Below are positions 36,911 through 47,600 of a stretch of DNA of 64,000 nt, piece by piece. This stretch comes from Protoeuglena noctilucae (Eukaryota), in NCBI GenBank assembly GCA_958009085.1, contig OY253673.1, forward strand, positions 620,001 to 684,000. Reading direction: 5' to 3'. A program made the position numbers and the translations under genes. Every line of letters starts with the position of its first letter. Position 1 is the stretch's first letter. The notes under the pieces are model-generated. The model did no database searches. It was not told the DNA's origin and saw nothing but the letters and a program-made list of their open reading frames with translations.

Positions 36911-39226
36911 TCACTCGCTACCCTCCTCGTCCTCAGAAGCGCCGCCCTCGTCACTGTCGCTCCCGCTGTCCTGCGCCCGCCTCTGTTGCAGCAGAGCCGC
37001 GATGTCCACCCCTGCCCGGCCCTCATCCTCGCTGTCGCCCTCGCTCCCATCGCTGCTCGCCGCGTCGCTGGCCACGTCGTCCGCAAAATGGCTCCCCGTG
37101 CGACCACCGCGGTCCTCGAAGAACAAAAAGGAATCGTCCACAGCCCCACCCTCCTGTGCCGCCCCGGCCTCTGCCACCGCCCCCACCAGCGACCCCTCGC
37201 GCGCTGCCCGCAGCAGCGCAACCAGCTGCGCCTGCGCGAAAGCCACGCCGTGGCCAGCGTCGCATGCTGACGCAGCCCACATCCGCTCAATGCGCACAAG
37301 CATTCCCTGTTAGGGACAGCAAAGACCAAAGGTGCGCATCAAGCACCAAAGCGGCACGCGTCCCCGCACCTCGGAGATGACCTCGGCACACGTGGCGTTG
37401 AAGTATGCGGGGGACGCGTCCAGGTTCTTCCCCAATGCCTCCACTACGCCCGACGGCGGCTGCCCTGCCAGCCACGCACGCATGTCCGCGGGGACGCGGG
37501 AGGAGCGGAAGGCCCGCAGCGTTTCTGCCGCAGCAGACGCCCGGCCGCGATCGCCCAGCATGCGTGCGGCCCGACGCGCCGCCATCGCCGCCGTGAAGTA
37601 CGCCGGCAGAGACCTGCGGGTGTGAGAGGGAGCGAAGTTGCATGGGCGCGACGCCACCCCGTGTGGGCCGGTCCTTTGTGGCATGCCGCTCCGCTCACCG
37701 CTCCCCCGCCGCGTCCCCCCTCGCAGCCGCGGCAATGTCCCGGGCAGGAGGCGGCTCGAGCGGCGCCAAGACCGCGCAGGCGTACAGGCCCAGCCACAGG
37801 TCCTCTGCTTGCGACGCGCGGGCCGTCAGCCCCTGCAACGCGCCCTCGTCGACGAGCGCAGCCAGCAGGGCGTCCACCACGCCGGCGCAGCACCGGAGGG
37901 TATCGAGGTCCGCTCTCGTTGCGGCCTCGCAGGCCGGGCCCCACCCCTTAAGCGCGACTCGCAATGCTGCAGAGAGCACGACCAGCCGGGCCGCGACACG
38001 TGCTGGCGGCGGGCACTCCTCGTCGCCGGCGCCCTCGGCGGCGGCAGACGGGCCCGGGAGCGGGATCGCAGCGCGGCCGTCGTAGGCGCTCCGCAGCACG
38101 TTCGCGTGCCTCCGCGCCACCACAAGGGACGCCATCACGGCGTCGATGGCGCTCCTTACAGCAGCCGCGTCCTCGGATCGGATCGCTGGAGCGGCTACCG
38201 CGGCGCAAACCGCGAGATCGCATGCTTGGACGGCAGGCCACAGCCCTGCGATCGACGGAGGGAGAGATGGGCGGTGCGCGAACAGCACGGCAGAGGCATG
38301 GCCCATCACGGCTTGGCGCTGCTCATCGGATCGGATCTCTTACCCCCGACAGAGGCGTCCAGGGCCTCGTCGTCTGCCCCCGCCACCACGGCCGCCAGCG
38401 CAGCGGGTCCCGCCGCAGCCGCGCAGAGGCGCGTGGCTTCGGACGCGTGCGCGGCGGCAGATGAAAACGCGGGTCCCGCGTGCGGAAGGCCCGCGGCGGC
38501 ACGGAGCGCGGCGGCGGGAGGTGGGCATCGTGCCGTCGCGACGGCCCGCGCACTGCCCCTGGCGGACGTCCCTGTCCCCGCCGACGACAGGCTTCGCAGA
38601 GCCGCATCGTACTCGGCATCGATGAGAAGGCCAGCATCCTTCGCCGAAAGCCCCGCGTCTGCCGCCGTGCGGGTCGCTGCCTGGGCCTGCACGGCCTTGG
38701 GTTCCTGCGCCGGGAAAGACCACAGCAACGCTGAGCAGGCGCGGGCCTGCTGCAGGATTATCGCGACGGACATGGTGTAACCGAACCATCTGCACACCTT
38801 CCGGGCCGAACGGGGCTTCGGGGCCACGCCGAGGAGCTTGCCAAGGGCAGCTGCACTCTCTGCGAGGTTTTCCGCCAGCGAGGCCTTGATGGGCAGACGG
38901 TCATCGAGGCTGTCGACGGCACGGGCAAGTGCGTCCGCGACGGTATCGTCCTGCGGCTCATCAGGTTGGGTTGGAGCGCAGTTGTCCGGGGCGGGTGCGG
39001 CAACGCTGGGCAGTCCAAGCCGGCGGACGGGCTGCGCGTAACCGCTCACCGTCAGGTCCTGTGCATTCGTCGTCTCTTTCAGCACCCCTGCTAGCTTCTT
39101 CAAAAACTTCTGGACTCTCCGCTCATCGCCGTGGGCCCCCGCGTGCTCGGCCGTCCGGGCGCTCCTCTTCCCACTCGGCGCGGCATGGGCGTCGTCCCTC
39201 GCACGCTTGGCGCGCGGACCCGCCAT
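36911..39226 (-). CDS. Hypothetical multi-exon Ala-rich helical protein with basic N-terminus and acidic C-terminus
   Basis: ORFs 38306-39226, 37695-38309, 37310-37735 and 36911-37303 lie in series with splice-like boundaries. NLS-like PRAKRAR and tail SDGSEGDSEDE...SEDEEGSE*. No family recognised. Confidence 0.55.
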
Positions 39227-39746
39227 GGGAATCGAAGCGCGTCAGCGGCAGGCGCTTCCGCTGATGCCAGCGGCGAGGCGGGCTGTCCGCCGCAGCCGAC
39301 CTACTGAAAGGTCCTCGCTGAACAAATCTGCGGGCTCCAGCGCTAGCGAAAGCGACGGAGAGTGAAGCACGAACAACGAAGTCCGCGTGCGTGCGTAGAA
39401 ATGCTTGTCCTCAACTCAGCTCAGCTAAGCTCCAGCACCCGGTCTGGCGCCGTTCTTACTCGCACGTCGCCCGCATTGTCAGCAGCTGCGGTGAAGTGCG
39501 CGCGTTGAGATTGTCGAGCACACACCGTCGTCGGGCTCGCTTTTGCCGCCTCTTGTCGCCAGCGCCGCACTCGCGAGCAAACCCTAGTGGCGGCCGTCGG
39601 CCCGGCCCGTGTCTCTCGGCGTGCAGCGCCCCGAGCTACTCTCTAACAGCATACCTCTCTGTCTGAACTGCTATCAAGTAGCTGCGCGTGCCGGAAGAAA
39701 GCTTGACCGCGAGCGGACGGTGCAGGCCGGGACGGCCCCAGCTGCG

Positions 39747-42505
39747 ATGGCGAAGGAGAGGCGGGAGAAGGCCGCCAATGGCGAGGACTCGGCGGCGAAG
39801 AAAGAGAAGAAGCGATCGCGCCACGAGGGCGAAGATGTTTTCAACGGCGTGAGCGAGGCGAGCAGATGCAGCCGAGCGTTGTCTGCGCCTCCCCAAGCGC
39901 ACTGGTCAGCGCGACGCGACGCTGTCCCCGCCACGCTCCTCGCAGGAAGAGGCGCGACGGGAGAAGAAGCGCCTGAAGAAAGAGAAGGCGAGATCCCTGC
40001 AGCACAGTTTACGGGCACACCATGCCGACCCAGCTCATCCTCACTCTGCAAAGCGGGATGCTTGGCTGCCACGCAGGCGCCGGTGACGTCGCCACCACCG
40101 CTGAGCTGGCCGTCTGTTTGATTCCCGCCGCAGAAGCGAGAGCGGGCCGAGGGGCGCGAGTTGAGCGACGGCGCTGCGCCGGCGGGGCAGGAGGGGAAGG
40201 GCAAAGAGGGCAAAGAGGAGAAGAAGCAAAAGAAGAAGAAGGCAGCGCAGGCACTAACGGAGTCCCAGGGCTTCAACGCCGGCGCGCGTGCCAAGATCGG
40301 GGACCATGACCTGGCCGACGCCCGGCCTCCCATCGTCAAGGCGCTCTTCAAGGAGCACCCTGACGTGGCGGCCATGTCGCAGGAAGACGTGGACGAGCTC
40401 ATGTCGTCTCTGCGGTGAGGGGCGGCTGAGGTGCCCAGGCACTACAACAGGCGCGGGCGCGGATGGTGGGGCTGCCGGCCATCGGGGGCAGAGGGTGCCT
40501 GGATGGCTGAAACTGGACACGCGGCGACGCAGCAGGGATACAAAGTTCACCTCCGTCGCCGCCTGTTGCCTCTCTCGCCTCGCAGCTATCGCCATGGCTA
40601 TGACTGCTATGGAAACCGTGGCTGCTCTTCTGCGGCCCATTGCAGGATCACCGTGGAGAACTGCTCGTCGCGGCCAGTGACTCGATTTGACCAGTGCGGC
40701 TTCACGCGTGGCGTGCTCAAGTGCACTGAGGCCTTCCTTCGGCCCTCGCCCATCCAAGCCACGTGCTGGCCTGTGGTGCTTTCGGGCAGGGACATGGTGG
40801 GCGTCTCCGCGACGGGCTCCGGCAAGACCCTCGCGTTCGGCCTGCCGGCCCTCATGCACATCCTGGCGCAGCGCAAGGCCGGGCTGGTCCAGGGAAAGAA
40901 CCCCAAAGTGTTGGTCCTCTCGCCGACCAGGTGCGTTGCCATACCGTGACGCGACACCCGCCATACAGGGGTCTCTTGACTCGGTTTGGACATCGTTGGC
41001 ACCCTTGCAACGCAAGTCACAGCTCTGTGCGACGACACGCTGCAACACACGAGGGTGGCCTGCGTGGGCAACGCTACGGGTGTGATGCGCCCTCAGGGAG
41101 CTGGCGATGCAGATCGCGGAGGTGCTGACGGAGGCGGGAGAGCCCGAGGGCATCACGATCCTGTGCTGCTACGGGGGCGTGCCGAAGCGAGACCAGCAGC
41201 AAGCGCTGCGCAAGGGTGTCGATGTGGTCGTGGGAACGCCGGGGAGGCTGCAGGACCTGATTGAGGCGAGTGGCGGCTGCCGGTAGTCGATGGATAGCAC
41301 CGCCGGCCGGCGGCAAGCCCAGGGACGCTTTGCATGGAGCGTGGGGAGTGGCGGTCCTGGCCACACCCGTCGAACGCAGCTCCGCGCCCGTCGCGTCGCA
41401 GGACAGCTCGTGCCGCCTGTCGGGCGTGAGCTACTTCGTCTTGGACGAGGCGGACCGGATGCTGGACTTGGGTTTCAAGCCGGCCATCGAGGCCATCGCG
41501 CGGGGGGTGCGCGCCGACCGTCAGACGCTCATGTTCAGCGCCACGTGGCCCAAGGAGGTGCAGGAGCTCGCCAACGACTTCCTCTCCAACCCGGCTAAGG
41601 TCGTCGTGGGGTCCCAGGACCTGGCCGCCAACCACGCCGTGCGGCAGGTGGTGGAGGTGATTGATCCGGAGCAGCGGGGCAAGCGGCTGCTGGACCTGCT
41701 GGAGGAACACCACGGGAGCAAGGGCCGGAAGAACCGGGTCATGGTTTTCGTGCTGTACAAGAAGGAGGCCTCGCGAGTGGAGTCCTTCTTGCAAGGGAAG
41801 GGGTGGAAGGCGGCAGCCGTCCATGGCGACGCCAGCCAAGCGGAGGTGCGGCGCCGCGAGCGACTCCGACATTGCGAGAAGTGTGCGCGGTGCGCGTGCG
41901 CGAGTGACGCTCGCCGGTGTGGGCCTGCGCGCAGAGGACGCGGGCAGTGGAGGCGTTCAAGGCGGGGACCGTGCCGCTGCTCATCGCGACGGACGTGGCT
42001 GCGCGGGGCCTTGACATTCCCGACGTCGAGGTCGTTATCAACTACGCCTTCCCGCTCACGATCGAGGACTACGTGCACCGGATCGGAAGGACGGGTGCGT
42101 GGCCGTCACGGGGAGCTGAGGGTGGCCCCAGTGATGCCGGCAGTGTGCGGTGCGTTGCGTCACCCTTTCTGGCCTGGCCACTCGCAGGGCGCGCGGGCAA
42201 GACGGGAGTGTCGCACACCTTCTTCCAAGCGGTCGCGGACAAGGCGCGCGCGGGCGAGCTGGTGAACGTGCTGCGGGAAGCCAAGCAGGCCGTCCCGCCG
42301 GAGCTGCTAAAGTTCGGCACGCACGTCAAGGTGAGGCGTTGGTCGACGGAGAGCGCGTGTCGTTGTGTGGCTCGCGTGGCGATTGACCGCTGCGTTTTCG
42401 CCATGCGCGCAGAAGAAGGAGAGCAAGCTGTACGGAGCGCACTTCAAGGAGATCGACACCAGCAAGAAGGCGCAGAAAATGACGTTTGACTCTGACTCGG
42501 AATAG
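39747..42505 (+). CDS. DBP3: DEAD-box RNA helicase, Dbp3/RH5-like
   Basis: Lys/Glu-rich N-terminus, [100 protein letters not shown]. Confidence 0.93.
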
Positions 42506-42820
42506 CGGGCTCTGATTGTGAAAAAGCGCGGATTGAGTGAAACCCGATGCCCCGGCTGGGTCAATCGCTGACAAACGTCGTTCACGCGACTTCTCGCCTC
42601 GGTTTGGGGCGTTCATGCTCAAAACCGTTTGTCGACGACGCTTTCGTCACGCCAGCACTGTGCTTGGCCCCCGTTCCGTCCCTCTTCCACGAGTCAGTGC
42701 GCGGAACAGCAGCCACCATTTCTGCCGCGCCACTCCGTGGCTCCGTTGTGGAAGTGTCGCGTTTGAAGGGCGCGGACACGAATTCGTGGCTGAGCTGTCG
42801 CGGCTGGGCGGCGCCGGCGG

Positions 42821-43756
42821 ATGCAGCTGTATGGTGGGGAGGGAGGGGGCCCAAGATTTAGGGACAGGTTCGTGCCTCTGCGCACGCGGAGGTATGACAT
42901 GCAGCGCAAGTTAATCAGTTTACCTGGCAGCAAACACCGTGCGGCGTACCTGTGGCCCGCAGGCCTCGCCTGGACCCCCTCGTCTATGTCGCCCCATCAG
43001 GGGAGAAAATTGGGCAGCTGCCGGGCGTGCAGGCTTCGCGCACGCGCATTGAGGTCCAAGTCTCGGCGAGCTTCGCGGAGCTGATGCGGGCAGGGAGCTT
43101 GCGGTCCAACAACCATCATCTACCTGAGCTGGAAGGGCCCCGGGGACCCTTGCCGGGCCCCTTGCCGGCGCGGACCCCGAGGAACTGGGCGGCGGACCTG
43201 GCAAAGCGCGGCATCCCAGCCGGGGTTGCTCGGCTGGGCTCCATCGAGCGCGCCAGCCCCCGGGGCGGGCCGCCGACCGTCGCGAACGACACGTCGTGGC
43301 TGACGTCGGCACCCGGCACGGCCATGCAAGGGTGCGGGCCGCACCGACTCCGCACCAGCGATTCTCGATGCAGCCGCGTGCAGCTTCGCCGACCGCCCCC
43401 ATCCAACCCCCAACTGCAGGCCCCAGGAGAGCCGGTACGTGACGGTGGCGCAGGGAGGGGCCATCGACGCGCACTCGCCGGGGGGCCGCGGCTTCGTGAC
43501 GCAGGACGGCAAGCTGCATCGGGAACCCACGCTGGGTGTCCTGCAGCGCATCCAGGGCCGGGCGGAGCAGGTCGCGCGCACGCAGCAGGAGCGTCAGCAG
43601 GCGCTTGAGCTGAGAATGCAGGGCACCATCGGTGAGCTGCAGCGGAGTAGCAGGTACATGTCGCCCGGCGATGCATGCGGCATCTGGGCAGAGACCCTCT
43701 CTGCCTGTTCGTGCCCCGCAGCGCGCAAACGGGAGCAGCGGGAGCGATACTTTTAG
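42821..43756 (+). CDS. Hypothetical protein, 4 exons, C-terminal coiled coil
   Basis: MQLYGG...RTRR|PRLDPL...TAMQG|PQESRY...LQRSS|ARKREQRERYF* joined in frame by GT-AG introns. Confidence 0.55.
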
Positions 43757-44075
43757 GGCGTGGCTCTCGATCGCGCGAGAGCCAAGACGCCGAACCTCGG
43801 CATCAATCGGGCCCGGGAGCGCAACGACATGGCGTACGGAGAACGCAACTTGCAGCGTGTCGGAACCAAGCAGTGACCAAGCATGTGTCATCGGTTGACA
43901 CATGACAGGATAGCTCAAGTGCACAGCTAAGCCCCGTTTGATTTCCTACATTTGCCGCCACCTCTCTCCATGTTCACTCGTACCCTCTTGCCCGTCTGTG
44001 TATCCCAGAACCATCATGGGGCTCGTTGCCCATGATGGCTCGCCGACGCTGTGGCAGGGATTTCAACAATTGGAC

Positions 44076-45340
44076 TCAAACCCACATGGCGACGATCGCC
44101 ATCGTGATGAATCCCAGCAGCAGCAGCACTACCTTGGCCAGCTTGCTCGGGTCACGGCCTTTGGAGAACTCCTTTGGGATTACCTCCTGGGGGTGTCAAC
44201 ACCCACGTGTGGATGATGTGAAATTGTGATGCATGCCAAGGCCAGGGAAGAGCAACCCCGCACGCCGCCGGCTCACCATCATCGCCACGTACATGAACGT
44301 GCCCGACGCGAGCGCGGTGGCTGCCGAGGATATGACCGAGCTGGCGATGGCACTGATGGCGAATCCCAGGAAGATGCCCGCGGGCGTCGCTGAGGCGAAG
44401 AACCAGACGACCGCGTTGAACCGGTTGACCTTAACGTTCGACTCCAGGAGCGTGGCGCCCAGTGCGTACGAGGCCAGGCCCTTGTGGGCCAGGATGGCGA
44501 TGAAGACGTCAAACGAGGACTCGAGACGCTTCTGCGCACCCATGGCGGCGCCCTCCAGGACGCTGCGCGCGCGAGCGAGGGGTGGCTGTGAGTCGAGAGG
44601 CCCACAGTCCCGCGGTGGTATGGGAGGGGCCACGGCTGCACAATGCGACTTCCCGCATCGCGCCGCCCTCGCCTGTGCACGCTGAGGGCGATGGCGAGGA
44701 TGAGGGAGCTCGTGAAAGTCACCGAGTGCCGCCCCACGGCCGCTGCGGCGCCGCTGTTGCTGGGACCCAGCAGTGACGCCCCTTCCGACACCGCAGGGAC
44801 AGTGCGGTCCTCCTCCGCACTCGCCCGGGCCGACCCCCGGGCGCCATGGGCCGTCCGATGCACCGCGGCCGAGTCCACCGGCGACCCGAACGCCCCCCCG
44901 CCGTCCCCCTCCGCGGGTGCTGCCGAGCGCCCCGCGTGCGCGGCCAACTCGACCTCAGCCGGGGCTACGTGCCCGCCGCCCTCGCCGTACGCGGCCGCGA
45001 CTTGGTCGGCCAGCAGCGTGACGAGGAACCCCACGCCCGCCAGGAGAGGAGCCATGGGGTACTCGAACAGCGGGCCCATCTCACGTGCCGCCTCCCCCAG
45101 CAGGTGGCAGAAGCCGGCCCCGAGCATGACGCCGCCAGACAGGCAGTTCCCGAGTTCGAAAAGCATGGACGTGGAGGCGCTGCCGCTGCGCGCGCGCCAG
45201 GACATCAGGAGCGCCGCGTAGGCGCCCCCGACACCGCAAGCGAGGAGCAGGGCGGCCGTGAGGACGTCGAAGACGAGGCGGTCGCTGACGCGGTCGTCGT
45301 GGGCGACCAGGTCGCTCGCGGCCAGGACGAGCCGCGGCAT
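44076..45340 (-). CDS. ZIP-family zinc/iron transporter, 3 exons
   Basis: GNCLSGGVMLGAGFCHLL, spliced signature IALSVH|SVLEGAAMG, AILAHKG, ATPAGI, ASGTFMYVAMM|EVIPKEF. Stop at 44076-44078. Confidence 0.93.
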
Positions 45341-45353
45341 CGGCAACGGTGTG

Positions 45354-45608
45354 TCACTTGGTCGCCGTGGCGAGGCCCAAGGTGTCGTCCAGCTGACGGA
45401 GGCGGTCCTGGCCCTGCCGCAGCAGGTGCTTGAGCTGCTGCTCGTCGGCGACGCGCTGCGACCGGAACTCCTCGCGAATGTGCGCGACCAGGGCGCCGCG
45501 GGACTGCGGCGGCGCGGCCCGCGCGGTGCGGAGGAAGCCGCGGTAGAGGGCGAGGACGTGCGAGCGGAGCAGGAACGAGCGCAGGCCGGGGCCGGCGGGG
45601 CCTGCCAT
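45354..45608 (-). CDS. LYR-motif protein (Complex1_LYR family), LYRM2-like, 84 aa, intronless
   Basis: FLLRSHVLALYRGFLRTAR...HIREEFR...LKHLLRQG...LRQLDDTLGL contains the LYR tripeptide and the downstream conserved Phe. Confidence 0.88.
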   Translation of the reverse strand: MAGPAGPGLRSFLLRSHVLALYRGFLRTARAAPPQSRGALVAHIREEFRSQRVADEQQLKHLLRQGQDRLRQLDDTLGLATATK

Positions 45609-45620
45609 TCCAGCGACCGA

Positions 45621-45957
45621 TCAGGAGTAGAAGAACCGGATGATGAACGTGAGGCCGAAGACGATCAGGACCGCCGTCCGGGACGAGATCGTCCCCTTGT
45701 ACACGAGCCCGGCGAAGGCCGCCGCGACCAAGACCAGCGCGGGGATCACCGTGTACGGGCCCAGGTACCGGCTCTGGATCTCTTCCCAGCTCGGGAAGGT
45801 GGACTCCGCCTGCGTCCTCTTCGAATCCTTGATGTGCTGCGCGGAGGAAGGGACGAGCGAAAGTCATGAAAGCTTTGCGCGGAGCTGCGATCAACTGCCC
45901 GGTAGTCGTCACGCACGGTACCTTCTTGATGGCCCTGGCTTGTGCCCCGCGCGGCAT
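45621..45957 (-). CDS. Small (83 aa) membrane protein with two predicted TM helices, unknown function, 2 exons
   Basis: Exons 45957-45922 and 45836-45621 with GT-AG intron 45837-45921 give MPRGAQARAIKK|HIKDSKRTQAESTFPSWEEIQSRYLGPYTVIPALVLVAAAFAGLVYKGTISSRTAVLIVFGLTFIIRFFYS*. Third codon positions are almost all G/C, as in neighbouring real genes. Confidence 0.75.
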
Positions 45958-46253
45958 GGTTCCAGCCTCACAGGCTCGCGATTTGCGCCGCGGCGAGAAA
46001 GATGAGCGAGAAGATCGATTTAACTCTGAAACGGCTCCGGATGGACTGGCTGGGTGGCAAGTGCGCGGACGAAGCGCCGGATTCGCTGTGCGCGGGGACG
46101 CTGCCGCCAAAATGAGAACCTTGCGGCAGTGACGCTGCCAGCCTACCAGACCGTGGGCCCGCAGAACCCCTGGCGGCCTGTGCTGGCGACATCCATGTCA
46201 ACACATCACCTTTGCAAACCCCACGGTGCAAGGGATCGCTTCCGCGGGTCACC

Positions 46254-47189
46254 ATGGGCTCGCCAACCCAAGAGATTGCCGCTCGCCTGAAGCAGGAGTG
46301 GCAAGACGGCACGACGCACCCCTTCCTGGACGGTGACGTAACACATCAGTCTTCTGATTCACTCACCGATGCCAGCCGAACGGTCCTGATGGCGGTTTCC
46401 TTCACAACCGCAGGGTGTGCCGATGGCTCGGTGTCTGCCAAACAGTTCGGGACGTGGCTTGTGCAGGACTTCATGTTCGTCCTCGCCTTCACCCGGTTCA
46501 TGGGCAGCGTGCTCTCCAAGGCCCCCGAGGTGTGCGCGCCTTGATACCTGCTGAGTCTGATGAAGCCTGCCACAGCCTGCACTCTACTGCCCTGCCCAAC
46601 CCAAACAGCGCATGTCCCGCAGAGCCACCTGCACGTCTTGCTCGACGGCACCAAGTTCATCCAGGACGAGCTGACGTGGTTCCGCGCCAAGATGGCCGAG
46701 CGCGGGCTGGACGCAGCGTCCGCGCCCCAGCACGGCACATGCGCGCGCTACTGCCGGTTCCTGGACTCGCTGGGGTCGCGGCCGTACGCCGACTGCGCCG
46801 TGGCCTTCTGGGCCATCGAGGCCATGTACCTGGAGGCCTGGGCGGGCGTGCTGGCGAAGGTGACGGCCATGTGCCTGGAGGCCTGGGCGGGGGTGTCGGC
46901 GAAGGCCACGCCTCTCACACGGGTGCCGCACACCGGCCGGTGCCATCTGGGCCATGAAGGTTCCCGGCAAGCTTCTGTGCCTCTGCAGAACCCTGAGACG
47001 CCGTACAAGGAGTTCGCGATGCGGTGGGCGAGCGATGGCTTCCGCGCGTATGTCGCGCAGCTGCGGCAGCAGGCGGACGAGGCCGTGGCGTCGCTGTCGA
47101 GCGGGAACTGGGCCGCGCAGGCGGAGGACCTCGTGCGCGACATCTGCGTCCTGGAGAAGGAGTTTTGGGGTATGGCGTGGGGAGCTTGA
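46254..47189 (+). CDS. TENA/THI-4 family protein (TENA_E-like, thiamine salvage), 4 exons
   Basis: TTHPFLD|GCADG...FGTWLVQDFMFV, IQDELTWF, FWAIEAMYLEAW, YKEFAMRWASDGF, LEKEFWGMA. Confidence 0.9.
46821..46905 (+). repeat. Imperfect tandem duplication with 45-bp period across an exon/intron boundary
   Basis: gccatgtacctggaggcctgggcgggcgtgctggcgaagg (46821) versus gccatgtgcctggaggcctgggcgggggtgtcggcgaagg (46866). Confidence 0.9.
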
Positions 47190-47600
47190 CGCGTCGTCGG
47201 ATGCTTGACGTAGTTGTGCTGCGTCTTCAAAGAAGGAGTTGAGGAATCATGAAGGCAGTGGGATGCTTCTGTTGTGCTGCACTTGCCAGGTCGGTACCCG
47301 AACGCTGTTCTTTCTGACCTCCCGCGTCGCCAGCATCACGAGCATTTCATGCGGATGGCAGATTGAACATCGATTGTGGTTTTGAGGCTGCAGCGAAGGC
47401 GGGGACATCTGAGGACATCTCGGCGAGGGTGACTGGCGCGTCGTGTGCCGCCCGGCGCTGGACCGCACGCGATGTTTTCATGAGATCGACCCGCGCACCG
47501 CTGTGTGGAGCGCAGATGCCGAAAGACGCGTGAAAACTAGCTATTGTGCTCTGCATGTCCAGGGACGGCGTCGTCGTTGGGGCGAGCCAGGGTCCGCGGA

